43,632 bases of DNA from contig NIVC01004510.1 of NCBI GenBank assembly GCA_002269645.1, positions 1 to 43,632 of the forward strand. Direction: 5' to 3'. Below are positions 34,081 to 43,632 of the stretch, piece by piece. The notes beneath the pieces were generated by a model that saw only the letters and a program-made list of their open reading frames with translations, made no database searches and was not told the DNA's origin. Position numbers and translations under genes: made by a program. How positions within the stretch are numbered: position 1 is the first letter of the stretch; each line of letters begins with the position of its first letter. This DNA comes from Macrostomum lignano. Lineage: Eukaryota.

Positions 34081-37000
34081 ACCAAATGCCGCCATAGGGT
34101 AGGGTACACGGAAGTCAAGAATCTTATAATATAGGTTTGGTCAATATATCTCAGCCTAGGGACAACCAACCGAGCTAACCTTTTTGTGTTTTTTAAGTCC
34201 GATAAATAAAAGGTGTGGCCATAAAAATACTTCTGGAGCATTAAAATCTAGTACTAAATTTTTATGTCTAAAGCCATGCTATTTCAGTCTAGGACAAGCA
34301 GACTCAGCCACAAGGACTTAATCAAGATTAGGAAGTGACTTACGAAGTCCTCGCTCAGTCATGCATTTTCAATTTTGGCTTATATAAGGCTAAGATATCA
34401 TGGCTCTTAAAGCTATGTCCATAGCCCAACCTTATTTTTATGTACTAGTAACTATGATTTATGAAATATTGTCACCGTTTGGGCAGTCGGAAAGCTTATA
34501 GAAACTCTAGCTATTTTATCATCAGACAGTGTCACATAGATTTGCAATTTCCTCTTATCATTATAAAAACATTTCTTTTCTACGCAAAGGGTTCTAAAAA
34601 GAAAAATTCTGTTCCCAAACAAACGCCTAGCTTTGCTGCCCTCGCTTCTCTTGGCTGAATGAAACATTTTTTAACGTATTTTCCGGCTTTTGTCCGCAAA
34701 TTTAGCGTTTCCTTTTGCTATCCAGTATTGAGTGCATAGCTATAGCTGTAGAGAGGCTGCTTGCTGGAGGTTTCTTAATCACTGGTTTGAGAGTGGCTTT
34801 CGGCCCACCCACCTCCCGGCAGGCGTCAAGCAGTTGTACCGAATTTCTGTTATTCAATGCTGAACTGCTTGCGCACACAGCAAGTTTTTGCAGCAAGCAG
34901 AGTTTTTATCCGCTTGCCAAAACATAGAGATTATTTTCTTCTTCTGTCATTCTCCCTGGGCTTGTCCCGAAATCGGAGTTCGACATCCAGTGCATACAAA
35001 AAAGGCCTATTTGGGAGAGGCGGGAGAAACGCGCATGGGAAGTCACAGTTTAATATTCAGTCAATTGTGGCGCAGCTGGGTTCGGCTTTATTCAAGTGAG
35101 TCAGAAAATTCTGATTGCTTTTTAATGATCTGCCTTGCCTTTGCCTCTCTATTCAAATCGTCCGCGCCTTTGACTGCAGCCTGTCCCCCCCCCCACTTCC
35201 CAGTCGCATGTGTTTCGATTTTATTTTTCCAGCGTTTTTTGTATCTAAGGACGATTTCGAAAGCTCTTACGTAGGCTGGCTTATTTAAAATCGGCCTGTT
35301 TTGTGCATCAACAATTTTTTGAGGGAATTTTTTATTTTCAGAATAGATGCGAAGAATCCGTCTGTCCCTCTCTTTTCCTTATCGCAAGCCGACATCCGCT
35401 TAGTGCTGATGTTGAGCCTTTCAGCTTGCCAATGGCTTCAGGCCAGCTGATCTAGCCAAGTGCATAGAGAAGCGATCTCAAAACAGCAATTGCAGAAACA
35501 TTATACCACTGGGTTAAGTACAGATATTGGATTTTTTCGTGTCCAGCCTCGCCAGTACAGCCAGACTCCGCATGTGTCCATCATGCTGCCATCTACTGTA
35601 TAGAGCTGTCCAGCGTCAGTTTGAAATGCTAGCTAATCCATTTTCCCACTGACGCCTTCTTGCCTTAGTTTTTTAACTCCCCCGCTCTCCTACCATTTCT
35701 GTTATGACAGGCGCCATTTGGCTGAGTTGGAAGCGGACCGTTGGGGCATTGTTGCTTGGTCAACAGGTGGGTCCTATAGCCTGCCCGATCATTGACTGAC
35801 AGTTTATACCGGGGTTTGGGGATGGAAGCAGAGTTGAGAGCCGGTTAGGAGTTAGATGATCTGGGAATATTTGCCTCTGTACTGACTCCGGAATTGTGAC
35901 AGTGCGAAATTCAATTGTACGCCGCTGAGTAGGGGGGGGGGGTAGGCTACCAGGTCTCTCCATCTCTCTCGCTGTGTGCAGCCTCTCTCAGCCAGGCAGG
36001 ATAGAAGCGTGATGACTTGATAAGGTTTGGAGATTGGGCCTCAAGGCTGGCTGTGCTGCGCTGACGGATAATCCGAAGGCCTCCACAAAATGCTGACTGG
36101 CTGCAATAGAAAAGTGCATACTACTTTTTTCTCTGTATGGTGCGCGCGTCTGTCTGCTGCTGTTGCGGCCGAGGCGACGCCGTGTGGGGATTTCGGCATG
36201 GGGGAGCCTGCAGACGCAGAGTCCCCGCTTTATTCGCCTTCTTCAACCGCCGCCCTCCCCCTCCCAAAGCCCGCTCATGCTGCTAGTGTTTTCCCTCTTA
36301 CCCCCCCCCCCACTCTCATTCCCTCGCCCTGCTCTCATCTAACCCAATTCCCACGGCGACTGCTGAACCCAGAAATGAGCCACCACGCTTTCCCTTCCGC
36401 ATCTCGTTTGCATGGACCGAGTTTGGCTGTCTTTTTTTAAATTCCCATATCCATATCAGTCTATTTCGCTGAGCTGTAGTTTCCCTGGCTGGGGCTGTGG
36501 TAACAGGGCCACAATGTCTAGCAGCACTAATTACACATAGCTACATACTCTATACTGACTAATTGTGTTAATCATATAAGAGCAGGGCAAATCAATTGAT
36601 AGACTTTTTTGGATGGCACAGTGCACTTTTAGAAAACTGTAAAATGTTATTTAGATACCAATCTACTGCTTTTACTGACAACTCTTGACCGTTGTGTTTT
36701 TCTGTTTGCTTCAATTGTTCGCATCCGACCGCTGCTATTTGATACTGATCAGTTGCATGCATATTAGCACAGGCGGCAAAGCTTTGGATATTAAAGTGAA
36801 TATTGACTGTAGCGATTAAATCATTAACAATACACAGCTGCCCTTGTGAAAGCCAACTCTGCTGCACTAATACAAAGTTGTGTTCCGCTGGTCAGGTCAA
36901 ATTTTTGTTAAAATATAATTCACCAAGGCTCTTTTCCGCAATATGGTGGTGCGAACTTCCACCCAGGGGAGCCTGAGAAAGTTTAAATCACGAGCAGTTC

Positions 37001-39045
37001 ACATCTTCGTCATCGTTGGTTAGAATCTACAATTAATATTTTATTCAATACGTACTCCCCCAGTATCCTCTTGGCAACCATATATTATATTTAGCTTCAT
37101 TATTTGGCTTAATGAGATTGACTTTTTCGCTATTGAGTCTCTCCAACCCTTTGCTCCTATCTCGCAATGCCATCAACAAGCTTCCCCGCTTGCTTTGCCT
37201 CTCCTTAATATCCAATCATCTCCCAGGCTTGGTTCGCAACACAGCTCACTGTGAATGGGAGAAATAATGTATAAAATGCGCTCACACAGCCTTGAACGGA
37301 AGCGTGCAGTTGCTAGGCTTCCTATGAAAACACAATAGGGACAATAATTCTCTCCGATGCCAGAAATGAGATAATCGGTTTTCTACGGCAGCTGAGGCAC
37401 TTTTTTAGCGCCGTGCTGCACTGAAAGGCCTTGTTAGTGCCATTGTGATGAGCTTGGATCCGGAAGGCGAATTTATTTGCAACTAACTATATGCACTAAC
37501 TAGAACTAGCATTGGCATCAAATCAATGCTTTGGAAGCCAGTCTGTTTGCTTTCTCTTGCCAGAGCCAATTGTTCAATTCAGTGTCGCTCAAGTCTGCAA
37601 AAAAAAACACACAGTTGCTTCTGCGTACCGCGCTGCGTAACTCAATACGCCCACTCGCTTGGTCTCTATTCGGGCCAGGGCCAATTACCCAGCCGATCAC
37701 TTTCGCGCACTAACGACACTGATTAATTGGCCAGTGTGTTCCGGGCGAAGAGGAATTGAAAAGAAAAAAAACACATTGGTCTGGAAGGGGAAAATGCAAG
37801 CAAACTGCTTAATCATCTTCGTCCAATTCAACTGTCACAGTCCTGTCCAGACGACACGCCCGGGCTCTCTTGCCTCAATCCGGCATCGTGTTGCTTTTTT
37901 GCAAATTGTAAACTGAGGGGGGCAACCATTTTCAACAGTTTGCAACAGTTTCCTTCTGTTGTTGTTGTTGCTGGTTTGTGCGCCCAGTAGTCCAGTAGTG
38001 CATCTATTTGGCAATTGGCAAGGGGTGTTGCTGTTGCTTCTGGATCACAGCGGATAGAGCGAAACGAGCACACGGAAAATCTATTGATAAAGCGGCATTT
38101 TATCTACCGAACCTTGGTATGCCGGCCCGCTTCAATTAATTCTCTTCTTTGATTCCCCCGTCCAGGCAAGACACCAGTGGGAAAAAAATACGCTCGAACG
38201 CACGCGCGCCGACTCCTGCTGTGCAGTTTAAGGCAAAAAATGGCAAATAGCGCTTGTTTGAATGACTCATCAGTCTGTGCGCGCCCACGCTGGGCTTGCC
38301 GCCAATCCCTGTCATTTAAAATCCTCGTTTAAGCGAACTGAGACGCTTCTAAATGAGAATCGCCCCGTCAGTATTTATATGTGCTGGGCATTCACCTTTT
38401 TGCTGCGCAGAGTGATTGCTAATGTTGGATAGCGTAGCCTGCATAACCTTGCTACTTACTAAGCTGCTATGCGGCCTATTCACAAAATAGCTTCAACTTT
38501 ATATATAACTGTGCGGCTGTAGTAAGATCCCATCGATTTCTTCTGCATAGCCGAGGGATAACTAAACCGCCCTCATTTGCCTGCCTGCCCAGCTCTTTCA
38601 TCCCAGTAGCCGTTATTATTTTTCTACAGCCTCGCCTTCAGTTTCTAAAGTCAATTTCCTCTCTACCGCTGCCTTTATCACAGCTCAGGTCTTCGGAGCT
38701 GCTCTCTGAATTTGCCACTCAATTTACCACTGTATTGGCTGGTCATTTTCCTGCCATGGTCAAGAGGGGCATTGGTAACTGAATTAACTATAACACTTTG
38801 ATTCGTTATCAGAACCCTAAGCCATAGAGATTAAAATCATGACAGTTTATTAGATATTCAACACCTTCAACGCGAAAATTAATGCATAAATATAAATTTA
38901 ACCCCTGATCTTGAGAAGCTATACGCGCCTGCGGCTCTCGAGGCTTAGCAAATATTCTCAAACTTGGTATATACTGTTCTATTATTCCTACTAATAGTAG
39001 ATAAGTTGATAAAAAGTAACACTCATCTTAATCCCCCCCATATAG

Positions 39046-40294
39046 GCTGCGAGCTCTCCAGGCCCAGGCAATGCCAATCACTGCCGCTCCTGTGCAATCG
39101 CAACAACACCAGCACCAGCAGCAGCAGCAGCAGCGCCATCATGGCCGAGCGACAGCTACGTCAGCAACTGCAGCCGCGTCCGCCTCTCGAGCATCTGCTC
39201 AACTGTCCGCCTGGCTGGCCAGCGTCTACGCCGCCGACGAGTCGTCGGCAGCCGCCGCAGCCTCTGCCGGCATCGCCCAGCCGCCGCCGCTGAACAGCCC
39301 GGCCAGTCCCGCGGCCAGCCTTGCCGGCTCCCGGACTGGACAGCACCGGCGCCAACAGCAGCAACAGCGGAGCCAGCGGCAGCAGCATCTGGACGAGTCA
39401 ACCGTCACTTCAACGTGCGCCCTCGCCGATTTAGACGATCTCGATTCTCTTGACGGCGCCGGCGGCGCTCCGGCCGACGATCCGGATCAACTCAGCCAGG
39501 CGCTGCTGCGGATGTCCACCGATCCCGTGGACTGCAGCCGCCTTCGCCAGGGCCAGCCGTTTGGGCTCGTGCTGCCGCTGCTGTACGGCCCGGAGACCCG
39601 CGACCCCTGTCCGGAGTCCCGCTGTCCGAGCCCGCACGCTAGCCTGCCGCCCAGGCCAGTGCGAGACCGGGCAGCTCAAATACTGGCTAATCTGGCCGCT
39701 TGTCCGGAGGCTGGCGCCAAGGAGAAGCTCATCCTGTGCCACCTGGACCAGGTGCGCGCCTACTGCGATGCCGTCCGTGCTGTGCTGTGCCGCTGCGGCC
39801 AGCTGGCCTCCTTGTCGTCTCCTCCACCTGCCGAAGTTGCCGTTGACGCCCTGCGCGACCGCTGCTGCAGCGCCCTGTCCGTGCTGCTTGAACTGTCCTA
39901 CTCGGACACTGACCGGCCAGCCATAGCTGAATTGGGCGGAGTTGAGTGCCTGTCCGACCTGCTGCTTGTCGACTTCTGCCGCACCCAGTACCGGCCGCCG
40001 CCATGCAGCCTATTTCTGCGCCGCTACGCCGCCAGCGCTCTCACTAACTTGAGCTACGGCGATGCCGCCTGCAAGCGTCGCGTTTGCCTCCGGGCGCCGG
40101 CCGTCTGGTCGCTCGTTGAACAGCTGAAATCGCCGCCCGGATTAGCCGTCGGCGTTGCCCAACCGGTTGAGGAGGAGCTCTGCCAGGTGACCGCCGCCGT
40201 TATTAGAAATCTTAGCTGGCAGGCGGACGCCGAGTGTCGGGCCGTTCTTGGCCGGCTTGGCGCGGCCGGTGTACTGACGAGAGCGGCGCTTCAG
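39046..40294 (+). CDS. APC: APC homologue: low-complexity N-terminal part, pre-ARM region and first ARM repeats (in-frame ATG at 39071)
   Basis: DQLSQALLRMS, HLDQVRAYC, ELGGVECLSDLL, LRRYAASALTNLSYGD and VTAAVIRNLSWQAD parallel human APC DDMSRTLLAMS, LLEQIRAYC, ELGGLQAIAELL, LRRYAGMALTNLTFGD and VIASVLRNLSWRAD. CAG|GTTGGT donor. The 5' boundary is uncertain (AG at 39045, 39061 or 39067). Confidence 0.92.
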
Positions 40295-40365
40295 GTTGGT
40301 TGTCTCTATGCATATATATGCTGTTGTATTGCGAATTGAACTGTGACCTGTAAGAGTTAGCAGTT

Positions 40366-40410
40366 CTTCTTTTTCTTCTTCTATTTCTTCTTCTGTTTCT
40401 CCTTCTTCTT

Positions 40411-40441
<31 letters not shown>

Positions 40442-40500
40442 TTATTATTATTCTTCTTCTTCTTCCTCTACTTCTTCCTCTTCTTCTTCCTCTTTCGACC
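40366..40500 (+). repeat. (CTT)n/(ATT)n microsatellite in APC intron 40295-40580
   Basis: Read directly from the sequence. Confidence 0.92.
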
Positions 40501-40580
40501 TTGTCTTATTTTCCTTTTTCTTCTCTCCTTTTATTCTTAATCATCTACTTTGCCTTATTATTCTTGCACTCTCTCTCCAG

Positions 40581-40973
40581 GTTAGGCGAGAGACCACCCT
40601 TCGCAGCCTGCTGTCGGCCCTGTGGAACCTGTCGGCCCACTCCACAGCCAACAAGGAGGCCATCTGCGCTGTGCCCGGCTCTCTCAGCCTGCTGTGCGCC
40701 TGTCTCACCTGCAACCCCAGCCTGGCCGAGACTGGCGGCGGCGTGTTGCGCAACATCAGCTCGGTTGTGGCCGTGCGCGAGGATCTCCGCTCAGCTGTTA
40801 GGCCTGCTTTTCCTGTTCTGCTCACCCAGCTGCGCTCAGCCTCTTTAACTGTGGTTGCTAACGCCTGCGGCATTCTGTGGAATCTGTCTTCTAATCATCT
40901 GGCCGATCAGAGACTGCTGACCCGCCTTGGCGCCGTGCCAATGCTGCGCTGTCTCATTCAGTCTAAGCACAAG
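40581..40973 (+). CDS. APC: APC ARM-repeat exon (VRRETTLRSLLSALWNLSAH...GGGVLRNISS...VANACGILWNLS...LIQSKHK)
   Basis: Close match to human KESTLKSVLSALWNLSAH, GGGILRNVSS, VSNACGTLWNLS and LIHSKHK; CTCCAG acceptor, GTGATT donor; 131 codons. Confidence 0.95.
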
Positions 40974-41009
40974 GTGATTTGATAGCGTCTATGCATGCCT
41001 AATAGCATA

Positions 41010-41593
41010 TAGTGGGATGTAAGGGATTGCTAATCTAGCCCGTAAATAGTGGGATGTAAGGGATTGCTAATCTAGCCCGTAAATAGTGGGATGTAAGGGA
41101 TTGCTAATCTAGCCCGTAAATAGTGGGATGTAAGGGATTGCTAATCTAGCCCGTAAATAGTGGGATGTAAGGGATTGCTAATCTAGCCCGTAAATAGTGG
41201 GATGTAAGGGATTGCTAATCTAGCCCGTAAATAGTGGGATGTAAGGGATTGCTAATCTAGCCCGTAAATAGTGGGATGTAAGGGATTGCTAATCTAGCCC
41301 GTAAATAGTGGGATGTAATGGATTGCTAATCTAGCCCGTAAATAGTGGGATGTATTGGATTGCTAATCTAGCCCAGACAATGGGATCTAATGGATTGCTA
41401 ATCTAGCCCATAGACAGTGGGATGTAATGGATTGCTAATCTATCCGTATATAGTGGGATGTAATGGATTGCTAATCTATCCCAGAGACAATGGGATGTAA
41501 TGGATTGCTAATCTATCCCGCATATAGTGGGATGTAATGGATTGCTAATCTATCCCGCATATAGTGGGATGTAATGGATTGCTAATCTAGCCC
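41010..41593 (+). repeat. 37-bp intronic minisatellite (TAGTGGGATGTAAGGGATTGCTAATCTAGCCCGTAAA), ~16 units
   Basis: Period 37 (41010, 41047 and onward); occupies most of intron 40974-41634. Confidence 0.97.
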
Positions 41594-41634
41594 ACTGCAA
41601 TGCATCTCCAATGCAACATCGCCAACTCCACCAG

Positions 41635-43065
41635 GTGATTCGCCTGGCCAGCGCCAGCGCCCTGAAGAATTTGGTCTCAGCCAGGCTGCACGATTCGGCT
41701 GAGCTGCCGCCGCCCCACACTGGCGCCGGCACTGGCTGCAGCAGCAACAATAGCGCCGGCAGCCGAAGCCTCAGTAGCAGCAGCAGTCAGCATGCCGGAC
41801 GCCAGTCGGCGACAGCAACGGCATCGGCAGCTCCGGCGTCGGCATCTGGGAAGGCAGCGGGAACACCAAGCTCGTCGCCCCGGCCACTTCTGTGCAGTCC
41901 GCAGCGCTCGGCCAGCCAGGAAAGCCTGCGCAGCGCCGTGTCCGACGTGACCCATGACCGATCCGGCCAGCAGCCGCTATCGGCCTCCGTGCACTACAAT
42001 TCGTCCGGCCAGTCGGAGCTGACCCTGCCGCAGTGCGTCCGCCTTGCCGGCTCTGTTGCTGGCGGGCAGGACGGCACGGATGGCTGCGCCGGCGCCAGTG
42101 CATCTGTCACTGCAGCAGCAGCAGTGGCCGAATCGACTGCGGCCACGCCAGCTGCTTCCGCATCCGCCTCGGCGCCCGGCGGCTCCGTGCAGCCGACGCC
42201 GTTGGTGTTCAGCCGGGGCTCGTCTGGCCACTCCTTGGACAGCGTCGGCCTCGATTCGCTGCGCTCGTCCCGCGCCAGCTCCTACAGCGCCGGCACTGGC
42301 GGCCGCTCCGCCGGGCCGCCGCTCTCGCCCAGCTACCTGCCGGACACGCCATCTGAGCCCATGCAGCCTCCACAGCCTCAGTTGGTTCAACAACAGCAGC
42401 AACAGCAGCAACCGCAGACGCGGACAGTTCAACGTTCAACGCAGCCCCAACAAATTCCTGGAGCCGCAGGGCGGCATCGCCGACCAGGCAGCGCCAGCAA
42501 GGCTTCCTCAGCCGCTTCCTCCTCGTCAAAAGACGAAGACGACGGTCTGGACTCGCAGATCCTGCAGGACTGCATTCGCAGCGGCATGCCGCCATCCAGA
42601 GCCCATGCCGCGGCTAAAACCATCACAACTGTGACTGACGACCGGCCAACTGTGTTCCACGTTGAGCACACTCCGTCTCCGCCGTCTAGTGTCGATTTGA
42701 ACTACGGCGCCGCTGACGGCGCTCCGGCACAGCAACAGCAGCAGCAGCAGCAGCAGCAGTCGGCGCCAGCGCTGTCTCTCGGTTTAGCTAGGGGTGTCGA
42801 AGAGCGCGACGATGACGACGACGAAGTGGACGAAGTGGCAGCAGCGCTGGCCATTGAGGACGAGGAGGATGAAGAGGAGGCCATAGACATCGGCTTGGGC
42901 ATCGAGGACGAGGAGGACGAGCTGGACGAGCACGAGGTGGCTGGCAATGTCATCCACGAGGAAGACGATGAAGAGGACATCGGACCTGTACAGTCCGGCG
43001 TCGGAGCTGCTGTGGCCGGTCGCTCCACTCGCGGTGCTGTTGGCGTTCAGTGCGATGAGAAGACG
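41635..43065 (+). CDS. APC: APC exon with end of ARM (VIRLASASALKNL), 20R2, region B/CID, SAMP-like motif and acidic tract
   Basis: TPLVFSRGSSGHSLDS resembles 20R2; SPSYLPDTPSEPMQP resembles region B SPSDLPDSPGQTMP; ILQDCIRSGMP resembles SAMP ILEECIISAMP. CCAG acceptor, ACG|GTGAGT donor; 477 codons. The gene continues beyond the window. Confidence 0.9.
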
Positions 43066-43116
43066 GTGAGTGTCTGCTTGATAGTGGAGTGGGCGCGAGC
43101 ATCTTTCAGCATTTCA

Positions 43117-43632
43117 ATGAGATCTCACAAGGAAGATTGGTAGCATTGCTATGAGATCTCACAAGGAAGATTGGTAGCATTTATGAGATCTCACAAGGAA
43201 GATTAGTAGCATTGCTATGAGATCTCACAAGGAAGATTAGTAGCATTGCTATGAGATCTCACAAGGAAGATTAGTAGCATTGCTATGAGATCTCACAAGG
43301 AAGATTGGTAGCATTTATGAGATCTCACAAGGAAGATTAGTAGCATTGCTATGAGGGCTCACAAGGAAGATTAGTAGCATTGCTATGAGATCTCACAAGG
43401 AAGATTAGTAGCATTGCTATGAGATCTCACAAGGAAGATTGGTAGCATTTATGAGATCTCACAAGGAAGATTAGTAGCATTGCTATGAGGGCTCACAAGG
43501 AAGATTAGTAGCATTGCTATGAGGGCTCACAAGGAGGATTGGTAGCATTGCTATGAGATTTCACAAGGAAGATTAGCAAGATTCTTATAAGATCTCACAA
43601 GGAAGATGAGTAGCATTGCTATGAGGGCTCAA
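43117..43632 (+). repeat. 34/32-bp intronic minisatellite (ATGAGATCTCACAAGGAAGATTAGTAGCATTGCT), >=15 units, truncated by the window end
   Basis: Begins 52 nt after the 43066 donor; 32-bp variants at 43151, 43285 and 43419. Confidence 0.97.

Noticed and set aside
24600-38400. Promoter-like GC-rich patches with TATA, CCAAT or TGACTCA words (about 24600-25100, 31780-32050, 36090-36440, 38200-38400)
   Set aside because: Short motifs are not diagnostic without TSS or chromatin data. They could be alternative APC promoters, but this cannot be supported from sequence alone.
41677-43028. Numerous alternative-frame and antisense ORFs over APC exons (also 39156-40004)
   Set aside because: Expected in GC-rich, low-complexity coding DNA; no motifs or splice support.

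Overview
Eukaryotic (animal) genomic DNA with spliceosomal GT-AG introns. The GC-rich, poly-Q/poly-A exons and minisatellite-filled introns suggest an invertebrate, possibly a Macrostomum-type flatworm (inference only). Three genes can be reconstructed by hand. (1) A short myosin light chain kinase on the minus strand: 9 coding exons, 7961 to 934, 474 aa, ending in a coding S/T/N/G/K minisatellite tail. (2) A cytochrome b561 on the plus strand (16414/17114 to 19358) whose last intron is a ~1.45-kb minisatellite. (3) An APC (adenomatous polyposis coli) homologue on the plus strand (39046 to at least 43065, running off the window) with ARM repeats, 20R2, region B/CID and a SAMP-like motif. An orphan acidic exon at 20610-20971 is phase-compatible with the APC exon 18 kb downstream. 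Non-coding DNA holds two tRNA-derived SINE families (2 and 3 copies), four MITEs with 8-bp TSDs, several minisatellites, and a sharply bounded ~4.3-kb block nearly devoid of CpG. The most interesting signals are: introns built from palindrome-bearing minisatellites, one flanked by an 8-bp direct repeat at its splice junctions and one whose last unit supplies the branch point; the CpG desert; and a possible cytochrome b561-APC operon-like arrangement. All coordinates and counts were made by eye. No database searches were run.
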